A stretch of DNA of 64,000 nucleotides from Patescibacteria group bacterium (GTDB taxonomy: Bacteria > Patescibacteriota > Minisyncoccia > JAHISW01 > Tagabacteraceae): the NCBI GenBank assembly GCA_042577045.1, contig JBHPEK010000002.1, positions 389 to 64,388 of the forward strand, written 5' to 3'. The notes under the pieces are model-generated. The model was not told the origin of the DNA. It saw only the letters and a program-made list of their open reading frames with translations, and made no database searches. A program made the translations under genes and the position numbers. This document shows, in pieces, positions 9,480 through 19,456 of the stretch (within the stretch, counting starts at the first letter, position 1; each line of letters opens with the position of its first letter).

Positions 9480-10414
9480 GAGAATCATTTTTTAACGGCT
9501 TATATGAAGTAATGAAAAAAGATGAGAGGGTGATTCTTTTAAGCTCTGACACAGGCTTTGGTGTAATGAGCCACATTCGGGAAGAATTTCCTGATCGTTG
9601 GTACAATGTAGGGATTGCTGAGCAGAATATGATTGGAATGGCTGCCGGTTTAGCTCTCTGCGGGAAAATTGTCTACGTTTATGCCATTTGTCCTTTTGTA
9701 ACCTTGCGTTGCATAGAGCAGATTAGGGTAGACGTTTGTATCCAAAATCTTAATGTCAATATGGTTGGAGTTGGAGCTGGGTATGATTATGGCACCCTAG
9801 GTGCAACTCATCACGCTTGTGAGGACATTGCGAGCATGAGACTTATGCCCAATATGACTATTCTCAATGCCTCCGATAGTGTTTCTGCTCAATCTTTTGC
9901 TGAATTATCTTACGATACTCCCGGGCCTGTTTATGTTAGGTTTGAACGATATGCGGGAGACGATCTCTATGACAAGAAACAGGCTTTTTTGGGTGGGCTT
10001 AGCACATTAAAGTCTGGTGATGGTGGAACGGTTATAATTTCTGGTGGTAAATTAGTTCATAAAGCGCTTGAAGTTGCCGAAAATCTTTTGGAACATCAGA
10101 TAGGTGCCACAGTAATAGATCTTTACAGAATCAAGCCCTTGAATGTGGAGCTCTTGTTAAGAATACTGTGTCGTGTCAAGAATGTCGTGACCATAGAGGA
10201 ACATAGCATTGTTGGAGGTCTTGGTAGTTCCATAGCCGAATTAATCGTTGATACTGGTTTAGAATGTTCGGTTAAGAGAATTGCTTTGCCGGATGCTTTT
10301 CTTAGAGAATATGGTGATAGAGAATGCCTTCACGAGCTAGTGGGCTTGGATGTTAAGACAATGACGAGCCAGATACTCGTTTGGTTAAGGAATATTCATG
10401 GCGAAGATGTTTGA
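9476..10414 (+). CDS. Transketolase C-terminal (pyrimidine-binding) subunit
   Basis: NVGIAEQNM, GATHH..ED, EEHSIVGGLGS; ATGA overlap with the previous gene. Confidence 0.9.
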   Translation: MRESFFNGLYEVMKKDERVILLSSDTGFGVMSHIREEFPDRWYNVGIAEQNMIGMAAGLALCGKIVYVYAICPFVTLRCIEQIRVDVCIQNLNVNMVGVGAGYDYGTLGATHHACEDIASMRLMPNMTILNASDSVSAQSFAELSYDTPGPVYVRFERYAGDDLYDKKQAFLGGLSTLKSGDGGTVIISGGKLVHKALEVAENLLEHQIGATVIDLYRIKPLNVELLLRILCRVKNVVTIEEHSIVGGLGSSIAELIVDTGLECSVKRIALPDAFLREYGDRECLHELVGLDVKTMTSQILVWLRNIHGEDV

Positions 10415-11324
10415 TAGAAGCAGAATAAAAACAAATCCTCTAGAATCAAGAGAGAACAAGCATTTTGTAAAAGATTTTTTTTCTTTAGATTATGAACCGC
10501 CAGAGTATACTAATAAAGATTTAGATATTCTGGCAGATAGGATTGTTTCAGCTAGAGTAAAAGACAAACCCGTCATTTGGATGATGGGAGCCCATCTTAT
10601 TAGAAGAGGAAACTCTCTCTTTGTTATTGATTTAATTAAGAAGGGTGTAATAACTCACATTGCCACCAATGGTGCTTGCGCTATTCATGATTTTGAATTT
10701 GCTTATATGAATGCGACTTGTGAAGATGTAGAGCGCTATGTAAAAGACGGTCAGTTTGGAAACTGGGAAGAAACAGGCCGATTGATTAATAACGCTGTGA
10801 GTGATGGATATAGATATGGTTTGGGTTTTGGAGAATCTGTTGGAAATATGATTAATCTCAGCACCAAACATAGAGATATTAGTGTTTTTGCTTATGCATG
10901 TATGAAAGGTATCCCAATTACAGTTCACAAATCTATCGGACAAGATATTACCGATCAACATCCTAGTGCCGATTATGAAGCCCTCGGCGGAGCTTCTGGA
11001 AGAGACTTCTTGATCTTTGCAGAAACTATTTCTAAGCTGGAAGGCGGGGGAGTGTTTTTAAATCTTGGTACTCAAGTAATGGGCCCCGAGGTTTACCTCA
11101 AGGCACTTTCTATGGCCAGAAATGTTGCCAATCAAAACGGTTGGAAAATAACAGACTTTATAACTGCTGTTTTTGATATTCGTGAAGATCCTGATTATTT
11201 TTTTCGTCCCAAGAAAACAATTCTTGAAAGAACTGTTAAAGACGGCGGAGAAAGTTTCTATATCCAAGGAGATTTTGCTTTGACAACACCTCATTTATAT
11301 AGAAAAATAGTGGAAAAACTATAA
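10398..11324 (+). CDS. Conserved protein with probable deoxyhypusine-synthase-like (DHS-like) fold, function unknown
   Basis: MMGAHLI, THIATNGACAIHDFE, GGVFLNLGTQVMGPEVYLKAL; translationally coupled to the transketolase genes. Confidence 0.5.
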   Translation: MAKMFDRSRIKTNPLESRENKHFVKDFFSLDYEPPEYTNKDLDILADRIVSARVKDKPVIWMMGAHLIRRGNSLFVIDLIKKGVITHIATNGACAIHDFEFAYMNATCEDVERYVKDGQFGNWEETGRLINNAVSDGYRYGLGFGESVGNMINLSTKHRDISVFAYACMKGIPITVHKSIGQDITDQHPSADYEALGGASGRDFLIFAETISKLEGGGVFLNLGTQVMGPEVYLKALSMARNVANQNGWKITDFITAVFDIREDPDYFFRPKKTILERTVKDGGESFYIQGDFALTTPHLYRKIVEKL

Positions 11325-11426
11325 ATAACACAACGAGTTTAATAAAGAGTCAACATTGTTTGGCTCTTTTTTTGATGTTACTCTGATGTCAAATGTTTTT
11401 TTTGAAAATAGAATAAGGAGGAAAAA

Positions 11427-12530
11427 ATGACAATTGCCGAAGATACAACCAGCAGACAAATGGATAGCGGAAGTAAGATATTACACCACGAAGATTGGTT
11501 GGAAAAATGGAAAAAAGATCCACTCTCGGTCTACCCTATTTATGTTGAAGCAACACCTGTAGGATATTGTAATCACCGTTGTGTTTTTTGCGCTTTTGAC
11601 TATATTGGGTACAAGAACATATCATTATCCGGTGATGTCTTAAAAAAAGTAGCAAAAGAAATGGCCGAAGGTGGAGTAAAAGCTATTCAATATGCCGGAG
11701 AGGGCGAGCCACTTCTTCACCCTGAAATAGCAGATATTATTCGCTATACCGCTGATCTAGGAATAGAGGTATCAATGCTTACCAATGGAGTCCTTCTTCG
11801 TGAAAAGTTTGTGAACAAAACAATTAAATCACTTTTGTGGTTTCAGGTGAGCTTAGATGCTGGCACAAAAGAAACCCATTCCAAAATCCATCAAACTTCG
11901 GAAAAAGATTTCGGTACAATTCTTAAGAATTTGTCTTATGCTGTCAAAGAGAGAAACAGACAAAAATCTTCTTGTGATATCGGTGTTCAATTTATTATAT
12001 TACCAGGCAACTTCAAAGAATTGGTAAGGGCTGTTGAAGTGATGAAAGAGACAGGTGTGGATTATATAACAATAAAACCATATTCACACCACTTGCTTAG
12101 CTTACACAGCAAAGAAGAGGTGCTTAAGGAAGGGTTTAATTATACAGACTTGCTGTATTTGGAAAATGATGTGAAAAAAATAGCTGGAACAGATTTGGCA
12201 GTAGATTTTAGAACTGCAGCTATGGACGAGATAGAAACAGAAAGAAACTATAACAGATGTTATGCCACCCCAACGGCCTGGGCGTATATCAGTGCCGATG
12301 GGTCGGTTTATAGTTGTAGCGCTTTTTTGGGAGATGATAGATTTAATGTGGGAAATATTAACGATAATTCCTTTAGCGAAATTTGGATGAGCGAGAAAAG
12401 AAAAAAACATCTGGAAATGATGAAAGGTTTTGACATAAACTCAAACTGTAGAAGGATTTGTAGGATGAATAGAACCAATAGAACTTTGTTTTCTTTGCGA
12501 AATCCACCTTCTAGAGTAAATTTTATCTGA
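11427..12530 (+). CDS. Radical SAM/SPASM-domain protein
   Basis: CNHRCVFC, GEGEPLLHP, and a C-terminal C..ADGSVYSC..GNI..C..CR SPASM/twitch region. Confidence 0.9.
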   Translation: MTIAEDTTSRQMDSGSKILHHEDWLEKWKKDPLSVYPIYVEATPVGYCNHRCVFCAFDYIGYKNISLSGDVLKKVAKEMAEGGVKAIQYAGEGEPLLHPEIADIIRYTADLGIEVSMLTNGVLLREKFVNKTIKSLLWFQVSLDAGTKETHSKIHQTSEKDFGTILKNLSYAVKERNRQKSSCDIGVQFIILPGNFKELVRAVEVMKETGVDYITIKPYSHHLLSLHSKEEVLKEGFNYTDLLYLENDVKKIAGTDLAVDFRTAAMDEIETERNYNRCYATPTAWAYISADGSVYSCSAFLGDDRFNVGNINDNSFSEIWMSEKRKKHLEMMKGFDINSNCRRICRMNRTNRTLFSLRNPPSRVNFI

Positions 12531-12542
12531 GGAGAGGCTTAA

Positions 12543-13442
12543 ATGAAATACAGAAAACTTGGAAGAACCAATTTACAAGTATCTGAACTTGGTTTTGGGG
12601 CTTGGGCTATTGGTGGGGCTTTGAAACTCGGTGAACAAAGTTTAAGTTATGGCCAAACTAGCAATAAGGAATCGCTAAGAGCATTGAGAGTAGCTATGGA
12701 CAATGGTATCAACTTTTTTGATACGGCAGATATATATGGTGATGGTTTGAGTGAACAATTGATTGGGCAGGCAATAAAAGGGAGACGAGGTGAAGTTGTT
12801 GTCGCCACTAAAGTTGGCAATGTGGTCAAAAGAGATGAGCTTCGGTTTGATTTATCATATAGTCATATCGTAGAAGCTTGCGAGAAAAGTCTAAAGCGAT
12901 TAGGAACCGACTATATTGATCTTTATCAACTACATTTTCCACCAGAATCTGATGAATATCTCGAGGCGCTGGGAGAACTGAAAAAGGAAGGCAAGATAAG
13001 ATTCGCTGGGGTAAGCATTGCGCATCAATTTGATAAAGCGAAACAGTTTATGGAAAGTGAAGTGATAGACACACTTCTTCTGTATTACAATCTGTTACTT
13101 AGAACTGCTGAAGATGTTGTACTGAATCATGCGAGAAGGCATAATATCGGGATTATAGTTGCCTCTCCATTGTCTCGTGGTCTTTTGACAGGTAAATTTG
13201 GCAAGAATATAAATTTTTCGGCAGAAGATGTTCGGTCAAGGTGGAACGATGGAGAAAAGGACAGAGATTGGTTTTTGGAACAACTGGAGGCAGTTGCAAA
13301 AATCAAGAGTAAACTAACAGTAAACAACGAAAGGTTAACAAATTTTTCTTTAAATTTTCCACTTTGGCACCCTGCTGTTTCAACGGTTATTGCCGGAATG
13401 AAAAACGAGGAACAATTGTTACAAAATTTAAAATCTTTTTAA
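12543..13442 (+). CDS. Aldo/keto reductase
   Basis: LGFGAWAIGG, FDTADIYG, ATKVG, SLKRLGTDYIDLYQLH. Confidence 0.92.
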   Translation: MKYRKLGRTNLQVSELGFGAWAIGGALKLGEQSLSYGQTSNKESLRALRVAMDNGINFFDTADIYGDGLSEQLIGQAIKGRRGEVVVATKVGNVVKRDELRFDLSYSHIVEACEKSLKRLGTDYIDLYQLHFPPESDEYLEALGELKKEGKIRFAGVSIAHQFDKAKQFMESEVIDTLLLYYNLLLRTAEDVVLNHARRHNIGIIVASPLSRGLLTGKFGKNINFSAEDVRSRWNDGEKDRDWFLEQLEAVAKIKSKLTVNNERLTNFSLNFPLWHPAVSTVIAGMKNEEQLLQNLKSF

Positions 13443-13444
13443 GT

Positions 13445-13476
13445 AAAATACCACTTCATATGAAGTGGTATTTTTT
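13445..13476. terminator. Bidirectional intrinsic terminator
   Basis: Perfect palindrome AAAATACCACTTCA-TA-TGAAGTGGTATTTT between convergent genes. Confidence 0.8.
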
Positions 13477-13485
13477 AATAAATAG

Positions 13486-15051
13486 TTAACGATTTTTGGG
13501 TGCAGGATATGTTATGTTTTTTTGCTTTCCTTTCATTATGGTTCTAAAAAACTCAATAAAAAGCCCTCTCACAAAATCTTTTAATCCTCTAATGGGATTT
13601 TTTATTTTAATGGGATAAATAAATTTTTTGAGGGTATATACTTTTACCAGATAAAAGAATATAAAAAAAACTGATTCAAAAAAACGTCCACGCCGGTAAA
13701 TGACGTGTTTTTTTATGAATGGAGCAAGCCAAGGTTGCCAAACAGCAAGTCCAGAAAGATAAAGAATATTTTTTTGGATATCTTTTTCTTTTTCAGAAAA
13801 GCAATTTAATGGGGATTTTCCCAGAATGGACTCACCAAAATCGTCTACTTCCATTTTGAAATATCCTTCATCTTCGCACTGTTTGCCAAGTTTAGTGCCG
13901 GGATAGGGTACTAGAATTGTTCGACTAGAAAACTTCACTCCTGCGGCAATTTCCAGATTAATAGTTTCTTCATCTGCCTTTATTATATCTTCAGTTTTTA
14001 TTGATCCTGTGGGTGGTAGCCCCAAAATCATATTATTAAAAACATTAATGCCATAATGTTTCAGTAATTTGAAATTTTCAACAACCATTTCATTAGAAAA
14101 ATTTTTGCCAATTACCTCTTTTCTTATTTGTTCACTTTCTGAGTCAATTGCAGTATTTACCGAAGTGCAACCTGCCTTTGATAAAAGTTTAGCCGTGTTT
14201 TCGTTAATAGAGTCTACTCGAAGCAAAACATTGAACGGGATACCAACTTTTTGAGGATATTTTTCAGCAAATTCCTCTAGCCAAGGGTCTTTTCCTCCCA
14301 CCACAAAAAGGTCGTCTTCAAATTTTATGAACTCAACTGGCCACCTTTTTTTGAGATCTAAAATTTCATCAATAACATGATCAACAGAATGTCTTCTTAC
14401 ATATTTTCCTAGTCCGCGATAGAGCTCCTTTAAAACAGTTTCAAAACAGTAAGAGCAATTAAATGGACAACCACGCGAGGTTATGAAAGTTTTTAGAGGG
14501 AAGTTGCCAATGCTTAAAGATTTTTCAAAAATGGTATCTCTGTCTGGGAATGGTAAAGAGTCAAGATCTGTAATCAACGGGCGGACGGGATTAGTTGGCC
14601 CATTTGGAAAGCCAAGATTAGCGATATTATAAAGATCTTCGGTTTTTGCCTCGCCGGCAAGTTTGTCTAAAAGTTCTGTGAATGCACCTTCTCCTTCGCC
14701 GATACATATTGCATCAATTGGTTGGTCTTTTACGCAGTTTGGATAAAAAGTAGGATGAGCCCCACCCATAATAGTAAATATATTTGGAAAATATTCTTTT
14801 ACTTTTTTGTTGAAAGAAAAATATTTTTGATGTGTGCCCGTAACAGCGCTATATGCGATAACATCCGGTTTGTAGTCTTCAATTTCTTTAAAAGGATTTT
14901 TGCTATTAGAAAGAATTAAAGCATTGCCATTGTGTCCAGCCTTTTTTGCTACGGCCAGAAGATAGGAAGGCCCCATTGGGTCTATAAAATCTTCGTTATC
15001 AATAATGAACAAAATCTTCAAGCCATTTTTTGAATATTCTTTTTCATGCAT
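13486..15051 (-). CDS. B12-binding-domain radical SAM protein
   Basis: GGAHPT, GEGE, SRGCPFNCSYC, PYPGT. Confidence 0.9.
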   Translation of the reverse strand: MHEKEYSKNGLKILFIIDNEDFIDPMGPSYLLAVAKKAGHNGNALILSNSKNPFKEIEDYKPDVIAYSAVTGTHQKYFSFNKKVKEYFPNIFTIMGGAHPTFYPNCVKDQPIDAICIGEGEGAFTELLDKLAGEAKTEDLYNIANLGFPNGPTNPVRPLITDLDSLPFPDRDTIFEKSLSIGNFPLKTFITSRGCPFNCSYCFETVLKELYRGLGKYVRRHSVDHVIDEILDLKKRWPVEFIKFEDDLFVVGGKDPWLEEFAEKYPQKVGIPFNVLLRVDSINENTAKLLSKAGCTSVNTAIDSESEQIRKEVIGKNFSNEMVVENFKLLKHYGINVFNNMILGLPPTGSIKTEDIIKADEETINLEIAAGVKFSSRTILVPYPGTKLGKQCEDEGYFKMEVDDFGESILGKSPLNCFSEKEKDIQKNILYLSGLAVWQPWLAPFIKKHVIYRRGRFFESVFFIFFYLVKVYTLKKFIYPIKIKNPIRGLKDFVRGLFIEFFRTIMKGKQKNITYPAPKNR

Positions 15052-15122
15052 TTCTTTAATATAGCGTAACTCGTTTCAAATGTAAATTTCTTTTATTTTT
15101 GTGTGTTGGAAGCTCGTTGTGT

Positions 15123-15151
15123 ATCTGTGGGAGATCCAATCTCCCACAGAT
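15123..15151. repeat. Perfect 13-bp inverted repeat (REP-like) at the left edge of the R-M island
   Basis: ATCTGTGGGAGAT-CCA-ATCTCCCACAGAT. Confidence 0.75.
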
Positions 15152-15197
15152 GAAAATATGAGTTGAAAAACCCGCAAAATAGGGGTAGCATATGGGG

Positions 15198-15332
15198 GTT
15201 ATGGATAGTAGCTCCTAAACAGTGACAAGCCTTTAAAAAATGGAGGCCTTCATATCCTCCTTTGCCTTTTTCGTCTTGTCACTGTTTAGGGGTTGGTATT
15301 AAGTTTTGGCGCCTCCGCAGAGGCGCTTTTTG
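15198..15332 (+). ncRNA. Putative small structured RNA
   Basis: TTGAAA-17-TAGCAT promoter (15163-15191); ~26-bp stem 15204-15229/15275-15300; terminator GCGCCTC-CGCA-GAGGCGC-T5. Confidence 0.5.
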
Positions 15333-15370
15333 GTTGTCAAAAGGGTTAAAATGGAGGTAGAATTAGGGGT

Positions 15371-16747
15371 ATGAAAAACTTGTGGATTTTATCAGAAGAG
15401 AGGCCCAAACATGAAGTTGTAAAAACAATAATTAAAAAATTTACTTCAGACAAAAGAGTTTCATGTAAAATTAAAGATTTAAAAATTTTACCACTTGTGT
15501 CAGATGGATGTTTCTTGTTTAAGTATGAAGTAACTGGGTTTAAATGTAAGAAAATAGAAAAAATTTTTATAAAATTGGCAAGTGGTGAATCAAGTTTTGT
15601 TGATTTCTTGCTTTTTTACCAAAAACAAGAACCAAGGGATGATTCCGTTCCCAGTTATGCCATAGAAGAAACAAAAACAAGTGACACAGAATCTCGCAAT
15701 ACTGGTGTTTATCAGCGGTGTAGCAAGTTTGTTTTTATTGATTATTATTATCCGAAAATTAAGAAGATAATGTTGCATAATAGTTTATTGCAAAAAAACA
15801 AGAAGCCAACAGAAACCAATATATTTGGTACACGAATGCTACTCACAGACAGGGTAGAAATTATGGGTAGGAAAGTTGATAAAAACACAAAAATCTTTAA
15901 AAATCTTGAAGAGTTAATTCAAGCAAAGAACGCAATGAAAGCTCCCTTCTACGGCTTGCCTATACGTATTAAAAAACAAAAGAACAAAATTTTTATTTCT
16001 GGAAGACTTTACAAATCGAGTGGTATTAATCATGATCCAAATATCGGTGCATTAACCATGATAGCACAAAACATACGCAAGTGGGACAAAAAAAGTAAAA
16101 TTATTATTACTGACCATGGGTTGAAACAAGAGCATGTTGGAAAGAGAAATAAATTTATTCTTATTGCCAATCGATTGAATATTAAATTAGAAGGACTAAC
16201 TATTCCTAAAACAAAAGAACATAAATCATACTGGCATTATGAGACCAAGCAAGAAAAAATCGGCACGATCTTTGTTCATATGAGTATCTTGGCATTTACT
16301 AAGGGGAAAATTATTTACGAAAACCATGGCGGTTGTGAACGAGGATATTTTGTTGGTAAGTCAAATTTGGTTGCTGTCAAAAAATATCAAGACGGTAAAA
16401 GAAGAGATTACAAAAGCGGGAACAAAACAGCAATTATCTATCTTCCCGATATTGTGGTTTGGGATCCGGTAAGGGAGGAAGTTGTTAATGCAGAGGGAAA
16501 AACATATTTGAAAAGGAAAAATGGAATAAAAGAGTTATCTAATTATAATTATTTCGAAAAGAATCTTATAAAGCCAGAGTATAATCCTAAAAGTATAAAA
16601 AGAATCGTTATTACTTTTGGCGGAAAAAAGAACAAAATTCGCGAGAAAAAAATAGGTTTTCATCTCAACGAAAACGGAGGAATTATTATAGGAAAAAATA
16701 CTCCTAAAATTATCACTGAGGCAGTAAATAAACTATTGTCTGCTTAA
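15371..16747 (+). CDS. Putative type II restriction endonuclease, PD-(D/E)xK
   Basis: VDFLLF...AIEETK and PDIVVWD...NAEGK motifs; lysine-rich; converges on two adenine MTases. Confidence 0.6.
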   Translation: MKNLWILSEERPKHEVVKTIIKKFTSDKRVSCKIKDLKILPLVSDGCFLFKYEVTGFKCKKIEKIFIKLASGESSFVDFLLFYQKQEPRDDSVPSYAIEETKTSDTESRNTGVYQRCSKFVFIDYYYPKIKKIMLHNSLLQKNKKPTETNIFGTRMLLTDRVEIMGRKVDKNTKIFKNLEELIQAKNAMKAPFYGLPIRIKKQKNKIFISGRLYKSSGINHDPNIGALTMIAQNIRKWDKKSKIIITDHGLKQEHVGKRNKFILIANRLNIKLEGLTIPKTKEHKSYWHYETKQEKIGTIFVHMSILAFTKGKIIYENHGGCERGYFVGKSNLVAVKKYQDGKRRDYKSGNKTAIIYLPDIVVWDPVREEVVNAEGKTYLKRKNGIKELSNYNYFEKNLIKPEYNPKSIKRIVITFGGKKNKIREKKIGFHLNENGGIIIGKNTPKIITEAVNKLLSA

Positions 16748-17794
16748 TAAATATAATTGTTCTCGTATGCGCTTTTTGTGTTGCGAGTCTCCGTTACTAT
16801 TACTTTTGAATCTTAAATAATCAATCTCTTTTAATTTTACATCGCCGTATTTTTTAAGAGTTTTCATTATTTCTTTTTGGGGCATAATTCCTTCAGAATT
16901 ATAGCTTAGCACTAAAGTTTTATATTTTGCCGAGAGAGCTATTTTATCAAGCGCTTCTATTGCTGTTTTTACATTACAAAACTCTGATTTTTGATGACTA
17001 TAATTACGCATTCCAGTCACGCCTTTAATTTCTGGGTTGTCATATTTTGCAACAGTTTCTAGTAGATGATAATTACCTCCATACTGCCTGCTGTTATACG
17101 GAGGGTCGATATACAAAACATCTGTTTCTAAATTATCCAAAAGATGCATGCTGTCTTGGTTATATACCCAGTGTTTTTTGTTTCCTGCATAAATCTTTAT
17201 TGGTTTTAGTTCAAATTTCTTTGTTGCGCGGGGATCATAATTTTTAAGGAAGGCGGCATAAACACCAGAAATATTTGCATAAAACGGCACACTTTCTACC
17301 AACATTGCCAGTAATACAAAATATTCATTTTTACTTATCAATTTTTGTTCGTTCCATTTTTCTATTTGTATTCTTATTGCATCAATTTTTTTTCCATTAT
17401 TACCTGTAAAATATTTTCTTGGATATTCTTGTTTGTTTGTTCCTTCAGGTGTGTAATTTTTATAAATAAAACCACTAACTCCTTTGAGGCTATTTAAATA
17501 TTCTCGCATTTTATCCAATGGAGAAATGAAAAGAGTGGTTCGCGGAATAGTGATTGTTTTTGAAAGTTTTGAAAAGTCAGGTTCCTTGTTGTTTTTTATA
17601 TAAGCTTTTTGAAGGACATAAGAAAAATAAAGTACATCGGAAGAAATAACCTGAAATCCTTTCTCTTTAAAATACCTGCCTACATTACTGGTGCCAGAAA
17701 AAAAATCACAAAATACACCATCTTTTATTTCTGTGGAACAGATAACTTCGTAAATATTCTCTAACAGTTTTTCTTTATTGCCTATAAAACGCAT
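16733..17794 (-). CDS. DNA N6-adenine methyltransferase (D12 class, NlaIII/FokI-N-domain-like)
   Basis: RFIGNK, DFFSGT (motif I), IDPPY (motif IV), RQY..NYHLLET, LSYN. Confidence 0.88.
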   Translation of the reverse strand: MRFIGNKEKLLENIYEVICSTEIKDGVFCDFFSGTSNVGRYFKEKGFQVISSDVLYFSYVLQKAYIKNNKEPDFSKLSKTITIPRTTLFISPLDKMREYLNSLKGVSGFIYKNYTPEGTNKQEYPRKYFTGNNGKKIDAIRIQIEKWNEQKLISKNEYFVLLAMLVESVPFYANISGVYAAFLKNYDPRATKKFELKPIKIYAGNKKHWVYNQDSMHLLDNLETDVLYIDPPYNSRQYGGNYHLLETVAKYDNPEIKGVTGMRNYSHQKSEFCNVKTAIEALDKIALSAKYKTLVLSYNSEGIMPQKEIMKTLKKYGDVKLKEIDYLRFKSNSNGDSQHKKRIREQLYLLSRQ

Positions 17795-17795
17795 T

Positions 17796-19304
17796 TTAGT
17801 AATTCATTATCAATACCTCGCTTACTTTACCTCTTTTGTCAGCTTTACAGTTGAGCGATCTGTTGGATTCTACTTTTTCAATTTTATAATCCTTATAAAG
17901 AGTATTTATAAATTTGCAGTTGGAATTAGAAAGCATTATTTTTACTCCTTTTTTAGTAAGTTTGTTTATTAAGGTCTTTAAGCGTTCCTGATCCTCTTTA
18001 AAAAATTTTTCTTTTGTATATCGAGTAAAATTAGAATATTCCGAAATTGGATGATAGGGCGGATCAAGATAAACAAAATCGTCCTTTTTGGCTCCCTGAA
18101 GTGTTTTTTCAAAATCATCACATTTTATATCAGCCTCTTTAAGAATTTTGCTATCAGCTTTTATTGTTCCTTCGTCGCATATTAATCGATTTAAAGAACT
18201 ACCGATTGGAACATTGAATTGACTTTTTTTATTAACGCGATAAACACCATTAAACCCTGCTTGATTTAAATAAATCATGCGAGCAGCAATCTCTGCACTG
18301 TTTAATTCGTTGAAAATATTTATCTCGCGATCGAGTACACGAATTTTCATATATAATTCTTTTGAATGACGCTTTTTTAATTCTTTCAATAATTTAATTA
18401 CTTCTTCTGGATTGTCTCTAATTCCTTCGCAGGTCTTAATAAGTTCTAAGTTATTATCGTTGAGAACGGCCTTGTTTGGTTTTAAGTAAAAATACATTGC
18501 TCCGCCTCCCAAAAAGGGTTCATAAAAAGTATTGAATTTTGTGGGGAGAAATTTTTTGTATTGAGAAATCATTCCCCGTTTTCCTCCAACCCATTGAAGA
18601 AATGGCTTAATTTCTTTTTTTGTATCACTGGTTATTCTTCTCGCATGACTTGTGTAAGGGAATCGATAAATAATGTCTGCGAGTATTTCGATTTCATCTT
18701 TTTTAATTTCGAGGTTTCTAATTATGTTTATTACCACACCTCTTATTTCCACATCGGTTCTAAAGAAGGGGAGCATGGCTTGATTCATTGGCTGGAGTCT
18801 GATTCTGTCTTTTTCTTTGTATATTTTTTTTAGCGTTGCTTGGTTGTTGTCAATAATGGCCACAACTGTCTGGCCGTTATCTGCAGTTTTTTGTTCTTTA
18901 ATTACGACTGTGTCTCCGTCAAAAATTCCTTCTTCAATCATACTATCGCCCTTAACGCGTAGAGCGTAATGCTTACCCGAAGCGCTTAAGGTATTTTTTG
19001 CTACAGATATTGTTTCGCCAGGAATTTCTATGGCTTCTATTGGTTCACCAGCCGAGATGGTTCCAAGTAGTGGAATTTCTAGGATTGTTTTTGTTTCCAT
19101 TAGTTCAATAGATCGGGCGTGGCCTTTATTTTGTTTGATGTAGCCCTTTGTATCCAAAGCAGAAAGATGTTGGTGGACTGTTGGTTTTGATAACTTAAAC
19201 TTTTTTCCTGTTTCCTCGAGAGTAGGAGAGAATCCATTCTTTTCCTGAAAAGATTTTATGAAGTCTAGAACATTTTTTTGCTTCTTGGTAAGTGGTGTTG
19301 TCAT
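17796..19304 (-). CDS. lexA: LexA repressor fused to a Dam-family N6-adenine DNA methyltransferase
   Basis: N-terminal ~200 aa: HTH (SPTLEE), SAGEP cleavage site, GDSM Ser, TLKK Lys. C-terminal: KPFLQWVGGK, EPFLGGG, NVPIG, DPPY, LSNS. Confidence 0.88.
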   Translation of the reverse strand: MTTPLTKKQKNVLDFIKSFQEKNGFSPTLEETGKKFKLSKPTVHQHLSALDTKGYIKQNKGHARSIELMETKTILEIPLLGTISAGEPIEAIEIPGETISVAKNTLSASGKHYALRVKGDSMIEEGIFDGDTVVIKEQKTADNGQTVVAIIDNNQATLKKIYKEKDRIRLQPMNQAMLPFFRTDVEIRGVVINIIRNLEIKKDEIEILADIIYRFPYTSHARRITSDTKKEIKPFLQWVGGKRGMISQYKKFLPTKFNTFYEPFLGGGAMYFYLKPNKAVLNDNNLELIKTCEGIRDNPEEVIKLLKELKKRHSKELYMKIRVLDREINIFNELNSAEIAARMIYLNQAGFNGVYRVNKKSQFNVPIGSSLNRLICDEGTIKADSKILKEADIKCDDFEKTLQGAKKDDFVYLDPPYHPISEYSNFTRYTKEKFFKEDQERLKTLINKLTKKGVKIMLSNSNCKFINTLYKDYKIEKVESNRSLNCKADKRGKVSEVLIMNY

Positions 19305-19351
19305 TTATATTTTTTATCCGCAATGGCATTTGTGGATTTTTGTTTTTATAC

Positions 19352-19384
19352 TATAATTATATCAGATACCTAACAAAATACGAA
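19352..19384 (-). promoter_or_regulatory. Sigma70 promoter of lexA-dam overlapping a divergent -10 element
   Basis: Minus strand TTCGTA-17-TATAAT with TG extension. Palindromic TATAATTATA at 19352-19361 also provides a plus-strand -10. Confidence 0.55.
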
Positions 19385-19456
19385 TTTAGAATGTGGGGAT
19401 AAGTATTTAGGTTCGGGTCGATGGTATAAATTATTATTAATTAACAGTAAAAAAAG

